This document shows positions 20,414 to 31,408 of a DNA stretch of 64,000 bases, piece by piece. A program made the position numbers and the translations under genes. The notes under the pieces were generated by a model. The model was not told the DNA's origin, did not search any database, and saw nothing but the letters and a program-made list of their open reading frames with translations. Source of the stretch: a virus; the IMG/VR virus record IMGVR_UViG_3300044511_000233, positions 1 to 64,000 of that record; one strand, written 5' to 3'. Within the stretch, counting starts at the first letter, position 1. Every line of letters begins with the position of its first letter.

Positions 20414-20809
20414 TTGACCAAACTCTCCCATTCACCTAATGTAATTCATCTTATTGAGCAGAAGCACGGGGTGGATTACCTTTCATTGCCTCATCTATTT
20501 CTCTACTTAGAAGTTCTGCCTATTACTTTATATGATGAACTGATTAAGGTTGCCCAACGGTTTCAGGTGTTATCAAGTGTCCAACAGGGGGATGTAGCCC
20601 CACAACTACCGTTATTCTGTCTACATCCCGAAAGGCTCCCTCTATCATGGCGTGCCATTGATTGGGGGGTCACTCAGTTTGGTTGTGAGCAGCTTCCTAA
20701 GAAGTTCGGAAGTAAGGAAGTGGCCTACCATCTCCACGCGGTCATTCTCTCGTTCCAGACGTTGATAAAAGAGCGTCAAAGCAAGTTTGAAGCTGATTGG
20801 CGCTCATAA
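20414..20809 (+). CDS. Hypothetical protein
   Basis: Open frame with a TTG start after AGAGGA (start uncertain). Confidence 0.5.
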   Translation: MTKLSHSPNVIHLIEQKHGVDYLSLPHLFLYLEVLPITLYDELIKVAQRFQVLSSVQQGDVAPQLPLFCLHPERLPLSWRAIDWGVTQFGCEQLPKKFGSKEVAYHLHAVILSFQTLIKERQSKFEADWRS

Positions 20810-20939
20810 CTCGCCCACAGCCTGAACCACCAACACAACCACACATCGCCATCCGATCAAGGTTCTCGCTTAGGGCCTCATCTTTAACAGAACCCGTCGT
20901 CTTTAACAGGGTCACGTCCCATTTGGCCTAGGTTTCAAA

Positions 20940-21380
20940 ATGTCGATCCGGTCGATTTTCTACGTCGTCGTCGCAAGCCGGTGGGCCAACCTGATCGAGA
21001 ACCCTGTAGGTTTCCCATATCAACCGCCCAAGGACAACTGCTGGTTGTGGAAGGGTTATATGGCTCCTGGGGGCCGCCCGCGCGCCAAGTTATTGGGGCA
21101 GCAAGTTAACCCCCGTCGCATCCTCTACGAGCTTCATACGGGTAAAAATCCTCATCTTCGAATGACGTGTGGGTGTTCAAACTGTATCAACCCGTTACAC
21201 GCGAAGGATCACAGTGAAGTAGAGGAAAGGGTCCCTATTTTTACAGTTTCAAACATCAATTGGGACCTTACTTTCAAAGGTATGCCGGACATCGACTTCG
21301 ACAACATCACGGCTGAGGAACTCGCCGAGCAAACCGGCGCGCCCCTCGAAGCGGCTCAGAAATACCTCGACGAGAGGTAA
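20940..21380 (+). CDS. HNH-like protein (CWLW...CxxxxCINPxH type), catalytic His apparently replaced
   Basis: DNCWLWKG, RRILYE, LRMTCGCSNCINPLH. Confidence 0.7.
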   Translation: MSIRSIFYVVVASRWANLIENPVGFPYQPPKDNCWLWKGYMAPGGRPRAKLLGQQVNPRRILYELHTGKNPHLRMTCGCSNCINPLHAKDHSEVEERVPIFTVSNINWDLTFKGMPDIDFDNITAEELAEQTGAPLEAAQKYLDER

Positions 21381-21673
21381 CACACTCTTACCCGCTTAAT
21401 CCTCTGTGCCCCACTAGAGCAGGTCACATGATTATCTGGGCAACGTAGGAGGCAATCATGCGCTCGACCAATTAGCTAATAGATATCGGCATCAATGACA
21501 GTATTTTGAATGAGGGCTTCGTCACAATCGTGGCGAAGCCTTTTCACATCCCGCCCCCAGCCACACGCATTTCCTCGCACCAGAAAAAGCACTGGAGCGA
21601 GGAAGTGCGTCCCGCTCACGGCAACGAGCAACGAGCAAAGATTGCTCACGATCACAAACTAGGAGAAACTAAC

Positions 21674-22054
21674 ATGTCTTGTAAAAGTTACGTCATCGAC
21701 GCTATCAAACAATTCATCAACGATCCCCCGGACTCGCCTGTTCAGCGCGGCTATCTCCACGCGTTGATCGCGGTCGCCAAAGAGGCGCTCGAACTCGACC
21801 CCAACGATCCAGTGATCCTGGAAGCGAACGAGCTTCTCAAACCGCAGCCGAAGCTCTCGGCCTACCGTGTCTCGTTTCAGAGAGATTCCTTCGACCCGCG
21901 TCGTGAACAGGGCATCGCCATTACCCGTGAATACGGCGTCAACGATGCCCTCTTTATCATTCCAGATGATGCAACGACCCCTGTCGACATCCTTCACAAA
22001 GTCCACGACTACACCCTGGACTGGGCGCATCCAATCGATGGCCGACAGTCCTGA
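21674..22054 (+). CDS. Hypothetical protein
   Basis: AGGAGA RBS before ATG at 21674. Confidence 0.65.
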   Translation: MSCKSYVIDAIKQFINDPPDSPVQRGYLHALIAVAKEALELDPNDPVILEANELLKPQPKLSAYRVSFQRDSFDPRREQGIAITREYGVNDALFIIPDDATTPVDILHKVHDYTLDWAHPIDGRQS

Positions 22055-22096
22055 CCTCGAAGCGGTCCTAGACCGCTGGCACAACGCGATCCTGCA

Positions 22097-22130
22097 AAAG
22101 CGCCGTCTCTCCAGACGGCGCTTTCTTTTT
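22097..22130 (+). terminator. Intrinsic terminator
   Basis: AAAGCGCCGTCT-CTCC-AGACGGCGCTTT followed by CTTTTT. Confidence 0.8.
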
Positions 22131-22817
22131 GAGCCCTACGAGCATGGTGAACTTTATGATGAAGAGTTTTTATCGTGTCGAAATCATCTTCGAGAGCGAA
22201 CAGGCGACCTCACCGCAGGAAGCGTTCCGACAGGTTCTCGCTTGGATTAACAACAATCCCAGCGACGTCAGCGCCTTCGTCTATAAGCTTGATGATTTCG
22301 GAAACTCTACAGACGAGCCACAATCTGTGATGTTGGGCGACCCGCCCACAGCCTGAACCACCAACACAACCACACATCGCCATCCGATCAAGGTTCTCGC
22401 TTAGGGCCATAAACATGACCAAAGAAGTTTCATGGAAGTCTCCGACCCTCGTCAAGGGACAGTTCATGTTCAAGAACCTTGGTGGTTACACCCTACAGGT
22501 GGAGCATTTGGATCGCACCATTGATCCGTATCTTGCACTAGTGATCTCGCCTCTCAGCACCGTCATTTACAGTGGTCTACATCCCACGCTCGCAAGCGCT
22601 CGTGAGAGGTGTGAGCGGACCGTCAGTAAAGGAGCTTAACCTATGACCTACTACATCCTCATCGCCCGCAACATAATCGACGACACGATGATCGTCCTCT
22701 GCCATTGGCACCACGAGTCAATCGACAAGATGTGGGAAACCTACGATGACAGAAATCTGTCGGAGCGCCTGCTCGCGAAGGTGTGATCCGCTTCCAACCT
22801 AAAGGAACCCAACAATC

Positions 22818-23207
22818 ATGATCATCTTCCAACATCGTATCTATCGCTCAGACCTCCAGAACAACCCGAGCGTCTATTATGTGTTCGGTGATAACCTTCA
22901 GCGCGAGGGCCTGGGAGGTCAAGCGGCCCACATGCGCGGCGAGCCAAATGCAGTTGGCATCGCCACGAAACGAATGCCTTCATGTGAAGAGGAGGCTTTC
23001 TTTTCCGACCAGCCGGGGGAGATGTCCGACGTCAGTGTCGACCTCATGCATCTCAAACTGCATCTGACCGCCGGTCACACTTTAATAGTTCCGTCTGACG
23101 GCCTTGGAACTGGTCTTTCAGAACTTCCAACGCGATCTCCGAAGATTCACGCTCTGATCAAGGACTTCTTCAAGAACGAGTTGGGTGTTGTGGTGCCATG
23201 GAAATGA
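22818..23207 (+). CDS. Conserved phage protein, macro-domain-like (FGDN...GGQA...GLGTG)
   Basis: Motifs YVFGDN, GLGGQA, NAVGIATK, DGLGTGL. The fold assignment is inference. Confidence 0.55.
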   Translation: MIIFQHRIYRSDLQNNPSVYYVFGDNLQREGLGGQAAHMRGEPNAVGIATKRMPSCEEEAFFSDQPGEMSDVSVDLMHLKLHLTAGHTLIVPSDGLGTGLSELPTRSPKIHALIKDFFKNELGVVVPWK

Positions 23208-23592
23208 CAACGCAGCCCCGTCCCCAACCCCAAAAGCGTCCGATCTTCATCCTCGAAGACTTCTCGACTGATGATCTCCACACTCTCGACGATTGCGACG
23301 AGGCGGAGCACATCCTCGACGAGCAGATCGCGACGATCACGCACCAGTTTGAGGACCCCACTCGTCTTCTCGACGAGCATTGGGCCTATAACGCCAAGCT
23401 GGCTTTGACACTCAAGAAGGTTGGACTGCGCATCACACAGCGCCGCCGATCACAACTGAGACGCGAAGCCAAAGAATCTCGGGACGCCCAGTTCATCGAT
23501 CTGACGCACAAGCTCTATCCTGAGATCGCGAAAGAAATCCGCACCAAACTCACAGCCTGAGCCTCGCCCTCAGCCACACGCACTATCGCTTC

Positions 23593-23657
23593 CACAACTC
23601 ACCGCGTCACTCCACGCGGTGAGTTTCTTTTTGTGCTCAAGCGTCACGCTCACAGCC
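23593..23657 (+). terminator. Terminator with conserved flanking box, copy 1
   Basis: AACTCACCGCGT-CACTCC-ACGCGGTGAGTT followed by TCTTTTT and GCGTCACGCTCACAGCC. Confidence 0.85.
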
Positions 23658-24029
23658 CAACCCTGTTGGCCCACGCCGGGCAACATCTGCCGCATGGACC
23701 GGCATCTCATCTCGGACGACCCGTCCGTCCATTGCGCTCCGGGCCTGCACGTCGGCAGTTGGGGTTACGTCAAAGACTACGCGTCCTCTTCAAGCGACCA
23801 GATCATCACCGTCGCCTTCTGGCCTGAGCACGTCGTTGCCGTTCCGCTCGATCTCACGACGAAAATCCGCGTGCAAGAATACGAGTCTCTATCAGTGTTG
23901 GACAGAGAGGCGGTTGATGTTTTCATCCGCAACAATGAAAACATAGTGGCGACGGATCGTATCGATCCAAATTCCACTGAGGATGAAATCGACGAAGGTG
24001 TCGACGACGATCCTTACTACTATGGATGA
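23658..24029 (+). pseudogene. rIIB: RIIB-like C-terminal fragment
   Basis: DDPSVHCAPGLHVGSWGY...PEHVVAVP...KIRVQEY matches the rIIB C-terminal signature. N-terminus and rIIA are absent. Confidence 0.7.
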
Positions 24030-24037
24030 TCCCACTC

Positions 24038-24436
24038 ATGGCATTCACGAAGGTCTCCCGAGAGCAGCATCGCGCTGCCCTTATCACTGAAATCCGCTAC
24101 GCTATCGTCAAGAACCCGAAGAAGGACGATGACGCGCCCACGTTCACGGGCCGGCTGAAGATCCCGGTCAGCATCGTCTCTCTTCTTGGTTGGTCGAACG
24201 ATGCTTCTCTCGACGTCGCGGTCGGCGATGGCGACGACGCGGGTTGGTTTTCCATCAACCCGGCGCCGGAAGGCGAGAAGCATCGTGCGAGGTTCAAGAC
24301 CCAGAAGAACGGCGTCGGCGTCTATTCTTCGTCAGCAATCGTTCCGACCGGCACCGCGGCCCAGGTGAAGACCTATGCCCCCGAGGCGCGCTTGGACGAA
24401 GCGTCCAAGACGCTCTTCGTCAAGCTCGCGGCCTAG
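24038..24436 (+). CDS. Hypothetical protein, possible AbrB-like DNA-binding fold
   Basis: GRLKIPVSIVSLLGW pattern; strongly biased codons. Confidence 0.5.
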   Translation: MAFTKVSREQHRAALITEIRYAIVKNPKKDDDAPTFTGRLKIPVSIVSLLGWSNDASLDVAVGDGDDAGWFSINPAPEGEKHRARFKTQKNGVGVYSSSAIVPTGTAAQVKTYAPEARLDEASKTLFVKLAA

Positions 24437-24463
24437 ACCCGCCCACCCTCTAGGCCGTTTGAG

Positions 24464-24504
24464 AGGCCCACGACGCCGTCCAGAGCCGCGTCGTGGGCCT
24501 TTTT
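24464..24504 (+). terminator. Intrinsic terminator
   Basis: AGGCCCACGACGC...GCGTCGTGGGCCT followed by TTTT. Confidence 0.85.
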
Positions 24505-24533
24505 ATATCTACCTCACTTCAGGAGTCCTACGC

Positions 24534-27500
24534 ATGTCTCTCAATGATCGTTCGATCGAACATCGTATCGTTGACTACCTCGTCGACGTGCTCGGCAATC
24601 CCAAGGAGATTGAGACCGGGCCTCTCATCGCTCTTGTGAGTGATGCGATCGGCGACGCTTCCGAGGAGAAGCGTCTCGAATTTTTGAACAGATTGGAAAG
24701 CGAAGCTGTGTCGCATGTCCACGAGGCGTTGCATGCAACTTACATGGCGGCGGATGTCGTTGATCGGCATGTCGTCAACGCGAAAGCTGTTGTCGTCGAT
24801 CCTGCTTTGAAGGAGATCGCTGATCGCGCCAGTGAAGCACTCGGTGAACTCTATCAGGCGATTGGAGCAAAGCTCTAATCTACTCAATCACGCCCACAGC
24901 CTCACGCTCCCCCACAACTCGCCTCGATCCACATCAAGGTGAGTTTCTTTTTGTGCCCAAGCGTCACGCTCACAGCCTGAACAAAGGACTGACACCTATG
25001 AACATCTTCGACATGAAGCGCAGTCGCATCTATTGGCCCTACGCCAGCCGCGTCCGTCAGTCGCGCTACACCGGCGAGATGCTGCGCATGATCCGCAAGC
25101 ATGGACAGGAGCGTGAGTGTGAGCGGCGCCGGGCGCGAGATGGAGCACTGCTATGAGCACACGGTCTGACATCATCGTTCACTGCACCGACAATAAGTGG
25201 CGTCGTGTTTATTGCCACTGGGACGGCTACCTGGAGCACAATGGTCGCATCCTCTTCGACCATTACACAGACCGTGTTCTTGCAACGGATCTCGTCATGC
25301 CGGGGGATATGTCGTCGCTCGGCGCTAAAGGCGGCAAGCGAACCAAATGGTCAGATACTGAAGGTCCGTATTACACGCGGTTCACTGAAGGACCTCATCA
25401 ATATGAGATGTTGCCTCAGTTTAAAGGCATCACGCTCTATTACGCCGGTCGTCAGGATCAGACGGTGGAGCAGAACGGACGCCTGGAAAAACTCACGGGT
25501 AAGGCCCTTATCGACGCTCACAAACCAATCGTTGGCGACTCACTCTTCGATGTCTGGCCCCCTGAAGATACGTGGACAGAATACACTTACGTCTTTGCTG
25601 ATCATCATGACGGGCGCGGGTTCACATGGTGGGTCGGAGACCCTGACGAGGGTTCGCAGACACTCGTTGATCTCGGCGAGGCCCTGCAAGGCAAACGCAC
25701 CATCCGCTCGAACATCAAGATGTTCGGCGGCATCGTGCTTGGCAAGCACGGATCAGTCGATCCGACGCTCGATACGCGCGACGAGGCAAATCGATGAAAC
25801 TCCGCTTCAACCCCTTCCATAAAGTCGACTGCCGCTACGGTGCTCCGCACGGCAGACACGGCAACGCGATCGAAGACGCCCCGCATCCCCTCGACAAGCT
25901 CGTCGTCACGCACTGCGGTGGAGACGGGTTTTACGACAAAGGCGGAGCCTACTGGGGCCACTCCAAAGTCTACGCCGTCCATACCAGGGACGGGTCCTAC
26001 TGCACCTACGTCGGCGCCATCTCTCACAAGCAGGCGCTGCAGTTCGTTGAGGAGGCTTCCGATGCGCACGTTCGGTGAGATCGACCTCGTTCTCGACGGC
26101 GACACTGTAACGATCGCGTTCGATCGCGATGCGGATTGGTGGACGGACACTCCTGTTGACGCCAAACACGCTGACTTCATTCAGACCAAGGTCAACGCCG
26201 AGTTCGAGGGCGCGGGATACATGCGCCTCATGGATGGTTCTATGAGGAGGACACGATGCCGAAGTTTGCTGTGAACATTGAAGAGACTTGTTCCTATAAG
26301 GTCGTCGTCGAGGCTTCTGATATAAACGAAGCTAAGGGGTTAGCGCTTGACACGTTGATCAATGCTCCCGACCTGTCGGTGTTCTTTGTCGCGTGCAGTG
26401 ATCGTGAGATCCTCAACGTCAAGGAGATTACCAATGGCTGAATACAAATCACCCAACGGAGCCTACATCAAGGGCACGCTCGAAACACTCTCCGGCGTCG
26501 CGCTGATCAACGGCATCGACGAGAGCGGTGAGCCCGAACACTGCGGCGAGACCGAAATTTATTGGGACGAGCAGAAGACTGTCGAACGCGACGGTAAGCC
26601 CGTCTACGTCGACACTGAGGGTTCCGAGTGGACCTTCGATCAGCTTACGAAGGTGGAAGATGATTAACGGCTTCATTATTGCCGCCCTCGCGCTCCCCAA
26701 CGACAAAAAACGTGAGCTCGCCTGGAAATTGCTCGACAACCTCGGCATCAGCGTCCTTGTCGCGCTCGACGTTGAAGACCTGATTGAAGACCGCAGCGAC
26801 GCTGATCTACCTCCGGTTCCGAGAGAACTCCTGCTCCAAGCAATGCGCAACGTCGCAGAAGGCGACTGGAGCGACCAATCGACTGCCGCGAAGGAAGCCG
26901 TCGAGCGCGAGATCGAGAGGTTGACCAATGGCTAAGATCGAACTCGTCTGTCCCACCCGCGGCGCCGCGGACATGGTGCGCGATGCTGCCGCGCGTTGGA
27001 ATGCGGAGACCCAAGAATGGGAACGCTCGTCGATCTATGACGTGATGACGTGCGACTCCTGCGGTGAGGAGACTTACGAGTGCGGTGAGGTCGATCTCGA
27101 TACGCTGCCGAATGAAGACTCGCACGACTGGATCGTGCTCGCGAACGCGGCCGAGAAGACACCCAATGACAAGCGCACGCTGACGCAGAAATACCTCATC
27201 TGGAAGGCCCACGAGGAAGGGTATGACTTGTCGGACGAAGCCGTCGAGTTGGAGGATTGTGAATGAAATTCGCTCTTGAAATCGATTGCAACAATGCAGC
27301 CTTCGATGATGATGTCAGCGAAGTGGTCGACATCCTAAACCATTTTGCGATCAAACTTGCTTCGGAACGTCCACCGATCGGCGCCCGCATTTTTCTACGT
27401 GACATCAACGGCAATCGGGTTGGGTTTGCTCAATTCATCGAGGACACCAATGCTTGTTGAGACCCACGGCTCCATCACGCTCCTACGCCCCGAGTGTGAG

Positions 27501-29660
27501 CTTGACGACGACTTTATCAAGACTCAGCTCTCGCCCGACAACTGGCAGCATTTCGGCGGCGCCATCGCCGTTGAACCCCGCTGCGTCCCTGCAATTCTTG
27601 AGGGCCTTATCGAGTATGGGTGCGATTACGAGCATGCGTAGAGCGTTCCTCAACAACCTTCCGGCGCATCTAATCGCGACGCCGTGTCAATACGACCCTG
27701 ACACGCTCTTCATTCACAACCGGAATCGGAATGACCTCCCGGAGGGGATCATTCACTTTACCCCCGATAATTGCATCGACGATTACACGCCGCTGCTTGC
27801 TCCATACATCCCGACCGCACCCGCAGCCTCAGATAGCGTGTCGTCGAGGTTCAGAAACGCGAGAAAACTATGACACTCGACCAAGCAAGAGACAATTTCA
27901 GAGATGACCCATGCCCAGCTACTGCGCAAGAATATCTTGAAAGGGCTACTTCTTATTGGGTGGACGGCATCATCTCTTGTGAAACGCGCGACAATGTTAT
28001 CAGTGAGACCGCGCCCTATCGAACGACGAAGGGTTATTCTTACGCTGAAGTCGAAGCCGCGATGTGTGCTTGGGAACACGTCGACAGCAATACCACCACC
28101 GCGGCCCTTGAGCTGAAAGATTCCTATGCGCCTGTTCGAGCGCGGTTTGATGGATGGCGTCAAGCTAACGGCACTGGCGCGATGCGTGAGGCTTGCATCA
28201 GGCTCGCGCCATGGATCGAGCATGTGTGGCTCGCATCTCGCGATAACTACACCATGTGTTTTGATTGGGACTTCGTCCCGTATCTCCTGGGCCTCGTAAC
28301 GTGGCCCGATGATGGAACGTGGCCGATCCATCCATCAGTGGAATTCACCGCGAAGCTGGTCAATTTTCGCTTCGGCAACGCTGGCCTGAAGGGCTGAGCT
28401 GATGGACCAGCCAGCAACGGTGACCAGGGTTGCCGTCACCTACGAGCAGCTTGGCACCTTCGACCGTGACGGGCGTCAGACCTCACGTCATGTCGGTCCT
28501 TGCAAACTGACGTGGTTCTCGCCGCCTCACACCGGCGTCTTTTTCCTTATCAATGTCGAGCCTTTCGTGCCTGAAAAGGAGCCTTCCAAATGAAGATCTG
28601 GATTCTCTTATCCTGTATCCCGAAGGACCACTATCCGTGCTTCCCACAAATTTTCCTTGACGAGGACGTTGCAGAGGACGCGGCCGAGCGCGCGATCCTC
28701 GATGAGTGGTGGGTGTGGATGGGCCCGGATGAAGTGCCGCCGCTCGACTATGCAGAGACGAAACGGCGTGCCCGTCCAGTGGTCGATTGGCGTAAAGCGC
28801 AACGTCTAATTATCGAGACTGACGACGAGATGCGCTACGGTGCGTGGGAGATTACGGCGCATGGCATCTAGCACTCCTGACCACTGTCTTGCATGCGCCG
28901 CCTGCGGGCGGCTTTTTCATGCCGAGGACCTCGACGCGAAACCTAATCCTGAGGACAAGCTTCCAGGGGAAACTGATGAGGAAGCTGCCGAGCGAGGCGT
29001 CAATTTCGAACGGCTTGAATGTCAGGAGTGTTACGGTCCGAACTTCAGCGAGATGTGAGAGGTTTCCATGTTTTCCCTCAAGACGTCGAAGGGCTGCGCT
29101 TGGCGCGCCTTTTATCTTTACTGGAATAATGTCCTGATACTTTACCTTGGGATTGACCCGACTTTCCAAACGAGTAGAGCCCGCGTTTTTGGCGCAGTTG
29201 CCGGTCGCAAAAGTTGCGTCGGCGGGCGAACCGCTATGTGGGGATTCTCATTCCTAACGTGGCGCAGTCGTTATTGGTGGCGACTTGATGGGAGGCGCAA
29301 ATGACCGTGTTTGATCCGAAGACTGCGACTCATGCTGAGTGCGAACTGCACATTATCTGCCAGTTCGCCACCGTGGCTCTCGAGAAGGGCTTCACTATCT
29401 CCGTTTGCGACGGCGAGGATTGGACGCTTGTGCGTTCCCGCGACCTCTCCGTGATTATGGGCGCGCTGCGGACGACGGATGAGGACTGGTTGGCGGTTCG
29501 TGACCCCACCCTCAAGGGAAAAAGGGTAGGTGTTGTCCAGTGTGTTTATGGCAATGAGCCATGGGTGGTGATTGCTGATTACAGTGACAATGAAGCAATG
29601 CGCGAGCTGATCCAACCTGCTGAAATTGCGGCGAAGCAGATTGAGGAAGCCAGATCATGA
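24534..29660 (+). other. Translationally coupled array of about 20 small early hypothetical CDS (e.g. 24534-24878, 25153-25797, 25794-26078, 26928-27266, 27870-28397, 29301-29660)
   Basis: Head-to-tail ORFs with ATGA overlaps and RBSs. No recognisable families. Confidence 0.7.
24913..24977 (+). terminator. Terminator with conserved flanking box, copy 2
   Basis: AACTCGCCTCGAT-CCAC-ATCAAGGTGAGTT followed by TCTTTTT and GCGTCACGCTCACAGCC. Confidence 0.8.
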
Positions 29661-29863
29661 TGGAAATGAAACCTCTTAACAGTTCGAACCTCAAGGCTGT
29701 TGGGTTCGATGACGGCACGCTCATCATCGAGTTCACCAACAACACGAAATACTCCTACAAAAACGTGCCGCGCCACGTTTACGACGAGCTTCTGGCTGCG
29801 CCGTCTCACGGCAAGTTCTTCCATGCCCATATCCGCAACGTTTATGAGGTGACGAAGCTGTGA
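29657..29863 (+). CDS. KTSC domain protein
   Basis: SSNLKAVGFD..LIIEF...Y.Y.NVP..VY..L..APS.GKFF...IR. Confidence 0.9.
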   Translation: MMEMKPLNSSNLKAVGFDDGTLIIEFTNNTKYSYKNVPRHVYDELLAAPSHGKFFHAHIRNVYEVTKL

Positions 29864-30533
29864 CCACCTACCACGTCGTGTGGGAGATCGACATCGAGGG
29901 CGACGATCCCCGCGAAGCTGCGATCAAAGCGCGCGAAGCTCAACAGCACCCCCGGCCCGGATATTGGGTCGGGGTTTTTGATGTGACCGATGAGAACGGC
30001 AACACCGTTCGTGTTGATTTGGATGAGGAGCCTGTCAGCGATGGAGCATGATTATACCAAGGTTGTCGTGCAGCCTGACATTCCGATTGAAGATATGACT
30101 CAGCTCGAGGAACTGGTTCTGCAGTATGTGTTTGAGAATGCTAAAGACGGTGATGGCAGATATTTCTACAGCTCCGTTGCTCCAACTGAGCAGGTCGCGG
30201 TCCTTCGTGAGGACCTGGAACTGTCTCTTGGCGAATCGCAGAACGCGGTCAATCTTCTTACACAGGTTGTGAGTAAGGCTCTTGCAAATCAGTCTGATGA
30301 ATGGGTTGAGCTCGATCTGAATAACGACCTCCCCGACTCTTACCTCTATATCCTTCAGCAGATCGTCGCGCGTTCCAAGACCCTCAAATACATCACGCTC
30401 CAGATCGCTTTCACCTGCGATAAGATGCGGCCAGGGTCGATCGGCGGCGCCGCTTATGTGGTCCTGCCGACTGAAATTGTGTCGATGAGCACGTTCAATT
30501 TCGCCGACACAGTGTTGATTGAGAGGGGTCTTC

Positions 30534-31214
30534 ATGCTCAACATAATTAAAGCGCTTCTCTCCAAAACTACGGAGAACGGCTGCACTGAAGCAGAGGCGT
30601 TCGCGGCGCTTCTTAAGGCTCGTCAGCTTATGGATGCGCATAACATTTCCCTTTCTGATCTGCAGGATGAACCGCTGATCGAGCAGCGGCAACGCATCCG
30701 CAACACGCACAAGATCAAGATTGGACTCGCGACTGCAATTTCGAGGTTCTGCGAATGCAGAGCGTGGAAATCTGCGGTCAACACGTCATCGTCCGATATC
30801 GTGTTCTTCGGTTATCCGCAGGATGTGCAACTCGCCGATTGGATGCTCGAGACACTTTCGAAGTTCATTGAACGACAGCGCGACGAATATCTCTCGACCC
30901 TCTCAACTCGGGACGATCGTAGGTATCACAAGAACGGGTTCGAGGTTGCGGCTGTGAACCGCCTTTCGGAACGACTCAAAGAGCTTGCTCCGAAACCCCC
31001 GGTCGTGTCGCCTAGCGACGGCAAGTCACTTATTGTGACGAAGCAAGCTCTTATTACCGAGGAGCTTTCGAAGAAAGGCGTTCGTTTCTCTCAATCACGA
31101 TCACGTCGGGTTAATTGCTCACGTGATGCAATAGATGCAGGGCGCGCTGCCGGAGACTCGGCAACGATTGCGAGACCGATCGATGCTTCGTTCAGTCAGA
31201 AGCTGCTGAGATGA
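30534..31214 (+). CDS. DUF2786-family protein
   Basis: IKALLSKT..NGCTEAEA.AA..KA..LM..HNIS. Confidence 0.8.
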   Translation: MLNIIKALLSKTTENGCTEAEAFAALLKARQLMDAHNISLSDLQDEPLIEQRQRIRNTHKIKIGLATAISRFCECRAWKSAVNTSSSDIVFFGYPQDVQLADWMLETLSKFIERQRDEYLSTLSTRDDRRYHKNGFEVAAVNRLSERLKELAPKPPVVSPSDGKSLIVTKQALITEELSKKGVRFSQSRSRRVNCSRDAIDAGRAAGDSATIARPIDASFSQKLLR

Positions 31215-31408
31215 TGTATCCAGGCAAGCTCTACAAATGGACCAAGGCGGCTCAAGAACGCGCCTTGGAACTCGACGTGAAAGGACACTCACGTCAGAAG
31301 ATAGCTGAAATCATCAACCATGAATTTCCTCAGCCAGTCGCCCTGACTGAGGACGCTGTCACCGCCAAGATTTGGCGTATGCGCAATGTTAGGATGGAGG
31401 TTTTGTGA
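31211..31408 (+). CDS. GcrA-like N-terminal HTH protein
   Basis: WT......L...G.S..KIA......T.DAV..KI.RM resembles the GcrA DNA-binding domain. Confidence 0.65.
   Translation: MMYPGKLYKWTKAAQERALELDVKGHSRQKIAEIINHEFPQPVALTEDAVTAKIWRMRNVRMEVL

Larger units (their letters stand above)
20812..22408 (+). repeat. Exact 66-bp direct repeat (20812-20877 and 22343-22408)
   Basis: CGCCCACAGCCTGAACCACCAACAC...CTTAGGGCC is identical in both copies. Confidence 0.95.

Noticed and set aside
20812-24977. CRISPR array or integron attC cassette array
   Set aside because: Repeats are kb apart with genes between them. There are no proper RYYYAAC/GTTRRRY-bounded long hairpins, no cas genes, and I did not recognise an IntI-specific insertion in the integrase.
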